64,000 nt of DNA, taken from IMG/VR virus record IMGVR_UViG_3300029604_000306, one strand, 5' to 3'. A program made the translations under genes and the position numbers. Positions 28,521-37,466 of this stretch are shown here, in pieces. Numbering within the stretch: position 1 is the stretch's first letter; every line of letters begins with the position of its first letter. The notes beneath the pieces are model-generated. The model saw only the letters and a list, made by a program, of their open reading frames with translations, ran no database searches and was not told the origin of the DNA. This DNA comes from a virus. Its lineage: Duplodnaviria; Heunggongvirae; Uroviricota; Caudoviricetes.

Positions 28521-29499
28521 TGCTCAACTATTAGAAGAAAAGAAGGTAGTCTACAGTTCAAATGGAAAATACGACCCACAGGAGATTAATAAACTGGTCA
28601 AAGTATACCATATGGCACTTGAAGCGGGCGACAACGCAACGGTACAGGACGCATTTACGCAGATATACTATTTTATCAAAAATTACGTTTATAAAACACT
28701 TTGGGATAACTATCGCACACTTATGCAGAACAGATATCATCAGGAAGACATTGTTCAAGATGTGTGGATTAAGATTTTTTCGGAATTAAAAAATTACGAC
28801 CCTGACAAAGGTGCTATCACTACGTTCATAGCGCCATGGATTCGCCATGTGGTAAGCGATTATGCAAGCAAAAATTTCAGGAAAACCTCTGTGTATTATG
28901 CGAATGCCATGAAAAAAATCAATGGCGCGCAGAATTACTGTAAACAATATGGATTAAATGCAGATGACATTGAGACAATCATGAGCCTGACAGGGCTGTC
29001 AGAAGCGACCGTAAAGAATACTCTTGATTTAATGTCAAAAAAAGACAGCGTCTCATACGAAGCATTAATTGATGCGGGCGCAGACTATACAGCATCAATT
29101 AAAGGACCAGAAGAATCTGTTATTGAATCAGAATCAGAGGAAAACTTAAAAACAATCCTTAAGGATGTATTAACGGATGAAGAGCTTAATCTCTTAGAAC
29201 TGTTATTAAATCCTGAGAATTCAAGTAAAAAGCACTCCAGTTATCGCGAGATTGCAGAACAGATTCCAGGCAGTAATATTCCAAAAGTAAAACGTAAAAT
29301 ATCACGCATTACCACAAAGCTAAAAAATAATAAACAGTTTGCACAATTGTACCCTTATATTATCGCACAGGAAAAAGCATTGGAGGATAATTACATACCA
29401 GTCATGGGTGATGATGGGAATGAAGATGACGACATGTATGAGGAGTTCGATGACATGGACATGTCGGAAGGATGGAAAAGAACGAAAAAAAATAAGTAG
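28483..29499 (+). CDS. sigma-70-family RNA polymerase sigma factor (338 aa) with an acidic C-terminal tail
   Basis: Region 2 DIVQDVWIKIFSELKNYDPDKGAITTFIAPWIRHVVSDYASKN. Region 4 HTH-like YREIAEQIPGSNIPKVKRKISRITTKLK. caaggaggag RBS. Confidence 0.7.
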   Translation: MDTSVTKMNAADNAQLLEEKKVVYSSNGKYDPQEINKLVKVYHMALEAGDNATVQDAFTQIYYFIKNYVYKTLWDNYRTLMQNRYHQEDIVQDVWIKIFSELKNYDPDKGAITTFIAPWIRHVVSDYASKNFRKTSVYYANAMKKINGAQNYCKQYGLNADDIETIMSLTGLSEATVKNTLDLMSKKDSVSYEALIDAGADYTASIKGPEESVIESESEENLKTILKDVLTDEELNLLELLLNPENSSKKHSSYREIAEQIPGSNIPKVKRKISRITTKLKNNKQFAQLYPYIIAQEKALEDNYIPVMGDDGNEDDDMYEEFDDMDMSEGWKRTKKNK

Positions 29500-29535
29500 C
29501 CTGTCATACAGGCTCATGATACCGCGAGCTATGCT

Positions 29536-29880
29536 AGCTTGTCAGCCTCTGCGAGGCTTGGTAACGAGCCGGTAACGGCGAGTTATCATATTTATTCTGG
29601 TAACGAAGGCGTTAAGCCTGAGTTATCATTTTTAATCTGGTGCCGAGTCCTGTAAAGCAGGCGAGGTATCATGCGTGCTCTGGTGCCGAATCCGGCAAGG
29701 CCGGTGAGGCATCATATTCATTCTGGTACTGAGTGCGAAGCACGAAGTATCATATTTATTCTCTGCACTCAGCCTTACGGTTTCGCTTGACATTTGCTGC
29801 GCAAATTGGTAACGAGCCGATGCGACAAGGTATCATGCGTGCTCTGGTACCGACTCCGGCAAAGCCGGCGAGGTATCAAA
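29536..29880 (+). repeat. family-A/C hairpin-repeat array (7 A units plus 1 C module)
   Basis: Units read ctggtRNCGA-[4-5-bp stem, 3-4-nt loop, stem]-GAGGTATCAT-7 nt. Stem sequences differ between units (CCTG/CAGG, CCGGC/GCCGG, GCCG/CGGC, AGGC/GCCT, GTGC/GCAC) but remain complementary. Confidence 0.7.
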
Positions 29881-29955
29881 GTTGGACGAGGGCTTTCCTC
29901 CCGTCGATGATTTTTAAAAAAAATTAAAAAATCCGTCCGGTTCACAAATTATTCT

Positions 29956-29963
29956 GCATATTG
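29956..29963 (+). promoter_or_regulatory. GCATATTG box P18 (no protein gene downstream)
   Basis: attctgcatattgattc. The next convincing CDS begins at 31472. Confidence 0.45.
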
Positions 29964-29969
29964 ATTCTG

Positions 29970-30842
29970 ATGATACAGATGACAGCCAGGAACTTTACAA
30001 AAAGTCCTGAAGGACCTTACTGATATTGTACAAAGAAACGAAAAAAAATAAAAAGAAGCAGGAAATTCGTGGAAATATCACGCGGTCAAATTAAATATTG
30101 AGGTGTCACCTCTACCAAGAGGACGTTAATTATTGTTTTTTTGCATAAAGATAAAAAAAGAAAGACAAAATCAGCAAAAATAATAAAAAAAAACGTGATG
30201 AGAACGAGACATATGCTGCAGTAATGCAGAGCAAGGACCAATCTGGTTACTAAAACAACGTTAAGTGTTGCCGAGCGGTAAAAGTCGAGCAGGGAGCGGA
30301 GAAAATAGTTTGGTCTTAGACTATCCGATGACCTAAGGGGGTGTAGTGCGTTGCAAGCCCTTTGCCTAATACGTAGTTGTATGCGTAAGATGCGAAAGCA
30401 CGGGTGAAAGCCTGGTTAAGAGTAGGACGCGGGGGAGTTTGTGGATAACGGAATCCGCGGGAATAAAGACAAACTGCATATACAGTTGATGTAATAAAAC
30501 CGCAACAGGAGGAAGTGAAGCACAGATGCACAGACAGCTTGCGGGCTGCCGGGACCTGTAGGATGATGGAAACATCATGGCGTGTGGGATGTGCCATAGA
30601 TTGTACAGAAGAAATGTATAATTTAGACTACGCCAAAATCAGCACGGCTGATTTGAACTGCAGGGTTGCGCTCTCCGATAAACTCTTCGATAAGTTTTTC
30701 GATGAGTGCGACTGCTATCTAAGACCGTCATGATGTGAAGCGACCGATTCCGACGGGCTACATAAAATCTGAGCAGAATGGCATAGCGTTATCCTTCTTC
30801 CGCGCAGACGCATACCATTAGAGGGAGAGTCTGCGCTTTTTC
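29970..30842 (+). ncRNA. candidate large structured non-coding RNA (boundaries tentative)
   Basis: GC-enriched with no ORF carrying a properly spaced SD. A 9-bp long-range complement ggtcttaga(30313)/tctaagacc(~30720) pairs across it. It ends at the hairpin gcgcagac…gtctgcgc plus T5 (~30801-30842). Confidence 0.3.
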
Positions 30843-31471
30843 GCAAGGAGAAACTATGTCAATCTGCTCAGCTCCCTCCTCCTCTGGGCTGCATGGCGGC
30901 CAAAGGCCGCCTTTCAAAACGTATGGTTACGAAATATAAATTTACTTTTTTCAAGGTGTAACGTTGAGATGGCAACTGGGAATGCAGCCCATTAACGAAG
31001 GGTGTGATTTATCCGGTAAAGCGACATCACGCATCGTAATAACACTCAACATGTCAAAACTTTTAGAATATATGAATCACGCCCGCACTAACGAAAGGAA
31101 AAAGCTGAGACAAGACATGTACACTGCAAAATCTTCATATATCTGGAACGCGAAGATACTGGATATCACGATATATATGAATTTTAAGAAAACTTATAGG
31201 ATATCCAGTATCGGAGCGGATAGAGCCTTCCGCGATTTTGTAGTGTACATGTCTTGTCTCGAGGTCAGAGTAATCGGCTTGCCGATTAGGATGACCTCCA
31301 TGTTTTTTATATACGTTTTTTATATACAAATACACTGTTCTTCCAAATATTTATCATATTGTACATAGAGAACCGGGACACAAACGACGTGTCTGCAACA
31401 ACTGGCCATTGCATCAACACTTTAAATTCCTGTTTCGGTTATCGGCAACAAAACACACAGGAGGATAAAAT

Positions 31472-32536
31472 ATGTTTTTTGTTATAGTTATTCTAGTAAT
31501 AATCATCGTATTCCTGGCGAACCAGATACGTATCGTCCCTCAGCAGGCATGCTACATTATTGAACGCCTTGGAAAATACAGCACAACGTGGGAGGCTGGC
31601 CTGCATGTGAAAGTTCCAGTCATTGATAAGATTGTAAAGAAAATCTCCATCAAGGAACAGGTGTACGATTTTCCGCCACAGGATGTTATCACAAAAGATA
31701 ACGTCACAATTAGTATCGATTCTGTCGTGTATGCAAGTGTTTTCGACCCAAAATTGTATACATATGGGATTGAGAAACCTATCACTGGTTTACAGAATTT
31801 GACAGCCACGACTCTCAGAAGTATTATTGGCGCCATGGAATTAGACCAGACACTGTCTTCGAGAGCAGATATCAACCGCCAGATGCAGGATGTGCTTGAT
31901 GAAGCAACTGATGAATGGGGTATTAAGGTATCACGCGTGGAGGTCAAAAATATCAAGCCACCGAAAGAGATTGAAGAGGTCATGACAAAGCAGATGAGGG
32001 CTGAAAGAGAAAGACGCCAGACCGTATTGGAAGCACAGGCACATAAAGAATCTGTAGTATCCAGGGCAGAAGGTGATAAGCAGGCGAAACTGCTTGACGC
32101 AGAAGCTGAGAGAGACGCAAAAATTGCTCTTGCGAAAGGCCAGGCGGAGGCTATCAGGCTTGTATATGAAGCAGAAGCAGAAGGACTTAGAAGGCTTGCG
32201 GAGTCAGGCGTAAATGAAAATATTTTACGTTTAAAATCTATTGAGGCGATGAAGGATGTAGCCGATGGCCGGGCTACAAAAATCTTTATCCCAAATAATC
32301 TGGCAGAAGGTGTCGGGCCTGCAGCGATTGCCGGCGAGGCTTTTTGGGGAGCAACAAAGGAACCTAAAAAGGAATTCTCAAATGCCGAAGCGGAAAAAAT
32401 CCGAAAAGAAAGATGCGTCAAAAAGACGGTGTCTGAGGATGCCTGTATGAAAGCACCAAGGACGAAAGTAAGTATGCAGTCGGCGATGACTAATGCGGGA
32501 ATGGTCCATGATATGCATAAGGACGAAACTGACTGA
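31472..32536 (+). CDS. SPFH/band-7 (stomatin/HflK/C-like) membrane protein
   Basis: N-terminal TM, then an SPFH core (IVPQQACYIIERLGKY…GLHVKVPVIDKI…ISIDSVVYASV…) followed by a coiled-coil. acaggaggat RBS. Confidence 0.8.
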   Translation: MFFVIVILVIIIVFLANQIRIVPQQACYIIERLGKYSTTWEAGLHVKVPVIDKIVKKISIKEQVYDFPPQDVITKDNVTISIDSVVYASVFDPKLYTYGIEKPITGLQNLTATTLRSIIGAMELDQTLSSRADINRQMQDVLDEATDEWGIKVSRVEVKNIKPPKEIEEVMTKQMRAERERRQTVLEAQAHKESVVSRAEGDKQAKLLDAEAERDAKIALAKGQAEAIRLVYEAEAEGLRRLAESGVNENILRLKSIEAMKDVADGRATKIFIPNNLAEGVGPAAIAGEAFWGATKEPKKEFSNAEAEKIRKERCVKKTVSEDACMKAPRTKVSMQSAMTNAGMVHDMHKDETD

Positions 32537-32615
32537 CAGGCGCTGCAATAGACAAAAAAAAATAAGAAAAAGGTACATCGCAAAATGCTACGATGTACCT
32601 TTTTTATTTTATTTT

Positions 32616-32623
32616 GCATATTG
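32616..32623 (+). promoter_or_regulatory. GCATATTG box P19
   Basis: tattttgcatattggag lies upstream of 32695. Confidence 0.5.
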
Positions 32624-32694
32624 GAGAATAGAGAAAAGAAAAAAAAGACTCTCTAAAAGAAAGAAAACTATAGAAAAAAAGAGGAGGAAAAAAT

Positions 32695-33549
32695 ATGGCA
32701 AGACATAATTATGTGAGTGTTCTTGCGCTGGTACGAAAGGAACCAAAATTCAAAGACACAGTTGACGGAAGAGCCGGAATCGTTGGTCTTACAACGATTA
32801 TGAGTGGAAGAGAGTACGACAAGGCTACAAGCGGTTATCAATTAAACAGTGTTTCTTTTTGTGCCAGAACACAGGAAAAAGAAATCCTTGATGTGATGGA
32901 TACATTGCAGTTATGGGATGTTGTAAAAATGACAGGATTTTTAGCAACAAGAGAAAAAGATAAAAAAGCAGAGTGTCCGTTTTGCAATGCGGTCAACCGA
33001 AGAGTTGATGCATGCGTAAGAAACGGAAAGCCAAAATCCGGTGGTAATGAGATTTTTGTATATCCAATTACGCTAAGAGTAGAGGAGAAGTTTGAAACCG
33101 AGCAGGCAGCGTACGAGTATCTGCATGCAAACGAAGAGGATGCAAACCGTGTGTTTGTGCTTGGTAATTTAACAAACTCTCCTATCCACGGGGAGCTGCA
33201 GGGAGGACGAAAGCCGTATACAAGATTCCAGCTGGCTATCAACCGTAAGTATTGCCCAAAGGGCGGAAATGAAATGTACGAAAGGACAGATTATCCGTGG
33301 GTGTATTCTTATGGCGACAAATCTATCGAAGATTACCAGAATCTTGAAAAAGGTGCCCTCGTATTTGTAGATGGCGCCCTGCAGGCAAGAAAATTTAAAG
33401 AACAGTATACCTGTGGAGTATGCGGCGAAGAGTATGACGTAAGGGGAAGGACACTGGAAGTCCTTTCATACGATACAGAATATCTTAGACTTCCGAACCT
33501 GGCTCCGGATGACGAAGAAGACGATGATGAGAACGAAGATTCAGAGTAA
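32695..33549 (+). CDS. SSB-like single-stranded-DNA-binding protein with two OB-fold-like segments, a Zn ribbon and an acidic tail
   Basis: The N-terminus NYVSVLALVRKEPKF resembles the SSB NRVxLVGRLxxDPE start. A second segment NRVFVLGNLTNSPIH follows. CPFC…C ribbon. C-terminal DDEEDDDENEDSE tail. Confidence 0.45.
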   Translation: MARHNYVSVLALVRKEPKFKDTVDGRAGIVGLTTIMSGREYDKATSGYQLNSVSFCARTQEKEILDVMDTLQLWDVVKMTGFLATREKDKKAECPFCNAVNRRVDACVRNGKPKSGGNEIFVYPITLRVEEKFETEQAAYEYLHANEEDANRVFVLGNLTNSPIHGELQGGRKPYTRFQLAINRKYCPKGGNEMYERTDYPWVYSYGDKSIEDYQNLEKGALVFVDGALQARKFKEQYTCGVCGEEYDVRGRTLEVLSYDTEYLRLPNLAPDDEEDDDENEDSE

Positions 33550-33649
33550 CTATATGAGGCAGCGGCATAAACTCCGCTGCTTTTTTGATGAAACGAAAAA
33601 CATTCATATTAAATGTGAAATAAAAACAAATAAGAAAGGGGAAATTAAT

Positions 33650-34747
33650 TTGAGAACATTTAATATGGAAGGCCTGAAAGATTTATGGGAAGACTATTCC
33701 TCTGCAATAAAATCGACAAAGATTGATTTTAAAAAAGCAAAAATCTATCAGGCAAAGGAAATAAAAACAGGAGGGCTGGAAATGCTGGTCACATCCGTAA
33801 GTACTGGAAAACAGGAGACGATTTTTGAGCAATTGCCTGATAAAATGTGCTATATCATCAATAAATCTGAGTGCTTTTATGAGATTGACGGAATACGTTA
33901 TATCCCAAGCCGTGAAGTAAACAGCAGAACACTGAACGATTACAGCCGCAAGAATATTGTTGATGACTGTATGAACAAAGGAAAAACAAAAGAACCTCCT
34001 ATAACGGTAAATCATTTCTCATCACCGAACACATTGAAAACACTGGCCGGAAGATTAAGGCGGACAGATGAGCTTATCGGTATTCATTATAAACCGGTCC
34101 GTGCCAGAAAAAAAGTATATGCACGGCTTGTTGGGTTAAAATCTATGAATGGTGAGAATCAGATTTCTGCGGTAGAGATTGCTGGATGTCTATATGATAA
34201 ATACGGAAGGAGTATGCTGTTTGAGTCTGCATACCTAGAGCAGATAAAAAGACAGCCAGCATTAAGCTTTACTTTTAGATGCAAACCTGCCCGGTTGCGT
34301 TCCGACGGAATCCCGGTATGTATTTTGTTCCAGGATACATTATCTGGGAGAAAGAGCATGCGCGTCGATTTTGCAGTAAAGATTGACAACAGGCTGTATA
34401 TCCTTGACAGCATGGAAGTTAACCATCGTACTAAGATGTCCGGAGACGAGATTGCCGATAACATCATTAAACGATTCGAAGTATGTTATACGGCAGATTT
34501 AAATCTAAATATTACAGCAAATGATATCATTAAAAACGTGCTGCAAAAAGGACTTGTTCCAAAAAAAGCAGAAGAGAGGTTTGTAACTTATATGTCATCT
34601 ATTAACACTGATACGCCAATCGCTATGGCTTCAGATGTAATAAAGACAGGGATATTTAATATAAAAAACAAAAAGCATACAAGCAGCGGATATGACGGCG
34701 GAAAGCGTCGCTATGAGTTGGAGTTGGGACGCGCTCTGATAAGATAA
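33650..34747 (+). CDS. hypothetical protein (~366 aa)
   Basis: aagaaagggg RBS with a TTG at 33650 (or the ATG at 33665). No recognised motifs. Confidence 0.45.
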   Translation: MRTFNMEGLKDLWEDYSSAIKSTKIDFKKAKIYQAKEIKTGGLEMLVTSVSTGKQETIFEQLPDKMCYIINKSECFYEIDGIRYIPSREVNSRTLNDYSRKNIVDDCMNKGKTKEPPITVNHFSSPNTLKTLAGRLRRTDELIGIHYKPVRARKKVYARLVGLKSMNGENQISAVEIAGCLYDKYGRSMLFESAYLEQIKRQPALSFTFRCKPARLRSDGIPVCILFQDTLSGRKSMRVDFAVKIDNRLYILDSMEVNHRTKMSGDEIADNIIKRFEVCYTADLNLNITANDIIKNVLQKGLVPKKAEERFVTYMSSINTDTPIAMASDVIKTGIFNIKNKKHTSSGYDGGKRRYELELGRALIR

Positions 34748-34805
34748 TGTTTTCAAAAAATATAAGACCGGGGAGATATCTCCGGTTTCTTTTTTTGGGC
34801 ATACT

Positions 34806-34895
34806 AATTTTAATCTCTGCACTCAGTCTTACGGCTTCGCTTGTCATTTGCTGCGCAAATTGGTAACGAATCCGGCAGAGCTGGTGGGGTATCGA
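34806..34895 (+). repeat. family-C module plus one family-A unit
   Basis: tctctgcactcagtcttacggcttcgcttgtcatttgctgcgcaaattggtaacgaatccggcagagctggtggggtatcgag. The stem ccggc/gctgg pairs through a G·T wobble. Confidence 0.6.
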
Positions 34896-34929
34896 GATAA
34901 ACGCATAAGAAGGTATGGAGGAATAAAGT

Positions 34930-35799
34930 ATGGCATTTATGACAGAAACGGCAAAATATGAAACAAAAAATGTGGAAAATATGATTAGAGGTTCTCGTAA
35001 TATTACTTTTTTGAATATATTTAGCGTAGGTAAAGAAATCCTGCGTATTGAGGCAGAAACCTATTATGTGGAAGATGTTCTTGAGAATGGCGATGTTATT
35101 AATATAATCGGAAAATTCATTGCAAACTCTGACCCTTGTGCCAAATTGAACATCGTTTGTAAAGATGAAAGAAAGAGAAGACCAGAAACATTAAGAAAAG
35201 TTGGAGTAACACTTGAAGAATTAAGAAATGGTATGGAAAAGAAGGAAATGGCAAGAGCTGTGTCTGATTATTTTATAAAATATGACGGGATTATAGTTTC
35301 TTGCAAACCATATTCTATTATTTCGATGCTGAATAATGATATCATTGAATCCAAGTATAAATCTATTGATAATTCATATTTTGATATAAAAAGAATGGCT
35401 AAAAAGTGCGGTGAAAATTTTACAGATAAGAACAGCCTGGAAAATCTAAAAGAAACGTTTATAGACTGCACCGGAAGTTACCGCAGGATGAAAAAGATGG
35501 AACAAAATAAAAAAGCCTGCGTTGTAAACTATGCATATTTTTGGCAGAGTTCGTATCGAAACTATGCAGAATGGATTTTTTGCGATACTTCGATTGGGAA
35601 GATTTATTATGACACGTTGACTGAGAAATGGGGGATTACAAAAAAAGAGGAAAAAGAAAATGGGCTGCGTATCGAAAGTGTTGATACTTTTGATGTAAAA
35701 AAACAATTGATGGATAAATATAGAGTGAATAGCATGATGGAACTTAAAAATCTGCTCAAAGAAAAAGCAGAAGAAAGAGAAAAAAGAATGGCAGTCTGA
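34930..35799 (+). CDS. hypothetical protein (289 aa)
   Basis: ggtatggaggaataaagtATG RBS. Confidence 0.5.
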   Translation: MAFMTETAKYETKNVENMIRGSRNITFLNIFSVGKEILRIEAETYYVEDVLENGDVINIIGKFIANSDPCAKLNIVCKDERKRRPETLRKVGVTLEELRNGMEKKEMARAVSDYFIKYDGIIVSCKPYSIISMLNNDIIESKYKSIDNSYFDIKRMAKKCGENFTDKNSLENLKETFIDCTGSYRRMKKMEQNKKACVVNYAYFWQSSYRNYAEWIFCDTSIGKIYYDTLTEKWGITKKEEKENGLRIESVDTFDVKKQLMDKYRVNSMMELKNLLKEKAEEREKRMAV

Positions 35800-35901
35800 T
35801 ATCTGGAAATAAGTCCGGCAAATTCGGGAAGTCAGTAACAAAGAACAGAAGTTTCAGGCTGGAGATGCTGCTCTGGTGTTTTTTAGCGACAATCAAATTT
35901 A

Positions 35902-35909
35902 GCATATTA
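35902..35909 (+). promoter_or_regulatory. GCATATTA box P20
   Basis: aatttagcatattaaaaatgctaaa (also palindromic) lies upstream of 35965. Confidence 0.45.
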
Positions 35910-35964
35910 AAAATGCTAAACAAAATATAGCTAAAATAGCTAAAAAAAGAAAGGAAAAAATATT

Positions 35965-37116
35965 ATGAAATTTAAAACAGACTATGAGACATTTAGAGGA
36001 GCAATCGCAACAATTGGAAAAGCTGTAAAGAAAAACGGTATCAACGAAATGGCCGTTGTTAAGATGGAGGTAAAAGGAAATATCCTGGAATTATCTACAA
36101 ATGGTAATATTGGATGCATCGTCCAGGTTGAATTGACAGATGGAGAAGATGGAGAGTTTGTCGTGTCATTTTCAGAACTTAACATCTTTAGTCTTAGAAA
36201 GTGCACCGGAAAAATCTCTGCATCATCAAGTGATGATGGCAACGCTATGACCATGATGTACAGAGACGGAAATGCCAAGACTGTACTCACAAGAGTTGAT
36301 GTTGTATTTAATGACGTAGCAAAGCCTGAAAAAGATACACCGAAGGTTGCGCTTCCGTTTGCAACATTAAAGAAAATGGTTGCAGAAACAATTTTTGCTG
36401 CAAGCCGTGAGGAGACAAATGCAGGGTATGGCGTACATCTGAATATCCGTGAAGATGAGGACGGGCTGCTGGCTCTTACGATTACATGCCTTGATGGCTT
36501 ACGCGTGGCTCAGCGAACTGCATATGCTGTCAAGAATGGAGACTACACCGGAACTGTGATTGTTCCGCCTGAGCAGTTTAAGACAATGATTGACATTGTA
36601 GATGCATCAGATGATGATGCTAATATCGATATTACTATCGATAGCGGAAAATTATATATGGATTACAGTAAAAAGCATGTGTGCATTCCGGTCCTGGATA
36701 AAAAATATCCGGCCGTACAGCGAATGATTGACGGAGAAATCGGAAAAGACGCTTGCAAATTCTCTATCACAATTGACAAGAGAGACTTTATTGAATCCAT
36801 CTCCTGTGTTCAGTATGTACTTCAGGAGACCGGGGCATCTGGAGTGAACTCATCAGCGATGCTGAAATTCAAAGAAAAAGAACTCGAGATTGGAGGAATC
36901 GGTCTTTCTCAGTATGGAGAAAAGATTGAGGCTGAGACAGTCGGAGAAGTTCCAGAGCCTGCTTATTTTAACCCGGATTTTCTGAAAGAAGCAGCAAGCA
37001 TTTATCCTAAGGACAAAATTACAATCGGAGTGATTGGACCGAAAGCGCCAATCTGGATGTGCTGTGGGGACAGTAACGAATATGTTTACTGTGTGCTTCC
37101 AAGAAAACGCGAATAA
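35965..37116 (+). CDS. DNA polymerase sliding-clamp (DnaN/beta-clamp)-like protein, 383 aa
   Basis: Length and N-terminal pattern FRGAIATIGKAVKKNGINEMAVVKMEVKGNILELSTNGNIGCIVQVEL parallel DnaN domain I. The C-terminus …EIGGIG…YFNPDFLKEAAS…ITIG parallels the DnaN C-terminus. Confidence 0.5.
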   Translation: MKFKTDYETFRGAIATIGKAVKKNGINEMAVVKMEVKGNILELSTNGNIGCIVQVELTDGEDGEFVVSFSELNIFSLRKCTGKISASSSDDGNAMTMMYRDGNAKTVLTRVDVVFNDVAKPEKDTPKVALPFATLKKMVAETIFAASREETNAGYGVHLNIREDEDGLLALTITCLDGLRVAQRTAYAVKNGDYTGTVIVPPEQFKTMIDIVDASDDDANIDITIDSGKLYMDYSKKHVCIPVLDKKYPAVQRMIDGEIGKDACKFSITIDKRDFIESISCVQYVLQETGASGVNSSAMLKFKEKELEIGGIGLSQYGEKIEAETVGEVPEPAYFNPDFLKEAASIYPKDKITIGVIGPKAPIWMCCGDSNEYVYCVLPRKRE

Positions 37117-37142
37117 GATAAAAATAGAAAAGTTAACATAAT

Positions 37143-37177
37143 AAAAAAGCAAGAGGGCAGCCCTCTTGCTTTTTTAA
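37143..37177. terminator. bidirectional terminator
   Basis: aaaaaagcaagagggcagccctcttgctttttt. A perfect hairpin flanked by an A-run and a T-run. It sits between convergent genes. Confidence 0.6.
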
Positions 37178-37202
37178 TCTTGCACGCTTTGTGAACCTCT
37201 CG

Positions 37203-37285
37203 GAAATTGATAACTCCCCGGCTTTGCCGGAGTCGTTACCAGAATAAATATGAATTACCGAGTATCCGAAGACACCAGGTAAAAC
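37203..37285 (-). repeat. family-A hairpin repeat (reverse orientation, 1-2 units)
   Basis: rc reads ctggtaacgactccggcaaagccggggagttatcaatttccg. It is in the 3' UTR of the TnpB-like gene. Confidence 0.55.
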
Positions 37286-37289
37286 AATT

Positions 37290-37466
37290 ACTTTTACCTG
37301 CGAGAAATACAACCGACACATATGCAAGCATATGCACCAGAACTATCCCTGGACAGAGGCCCGGCTGCAGACATGCTACAGCAGGACACGACGAGGCTCC
37401 TATGGGCCTGAAGCTTTCGACAGAAGGTGTAATAGTCAGAGACTATTTCTTTTCTGCATACTCGTT
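37290..37466 (-). ncRNA. GC-rich structured 3' region downstream of the TnpB-like gene (candidate omega-RNA-like scaffold)
   Basis: About 55-60% GC with internally complementary segments (ggcccggctgcag…ctgcagcaggac, gaggctcctatgggcctg). No ORF. It lies between the stop codon and the bidirectional terminator. Confidence 0.25.

Noticed and set aside
29536-29880. Possible CRISPR array (regularly spaced ~41-bp repeats)
   Set aside because: The constant part is the flanks (CTGGTAACGA…GAGGTATCAT) and the variable part is a short hairpin with compensatory changes, not unique spacers. There is no leader or cas cluster adjacent, and the period and lengths do not fit repeat-spacer architecture.
30515-30733. 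72-aa Cys-rich ORF (9 Cys) inside the ORF-poor region
   Set aside because: It is GTG-initiated with an SD only 2 nt upstream, and internal ATGs lack RBSs. The region is more parsimoniously non-coding, and any Cys richness follows from the GC-rich composition (TGC/TGT codons).
30300-31300. Group II intron
   Set aside because: A GTGCG is present near 30333, but I could not find a domain V consensus (…GAGC…GTTC… 34-nt hairpin with the AGC triad) or an intron-encoded RT/maturase ORF. It is left as an unspecified large structured RNA candidate.
31552-32619. 355-aa ORF on the minus strand
   Set aside because: It lies exactly antisense to the well-supported SPFH gene (31472-32536), has no RBS, and has a low-complexity Ser/Ala-rich translation, which is a typical shadow ORF. 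The same reasoning applies to the antisense ORFs 19590-20153, 44981-45643, 24028-24393 and others.
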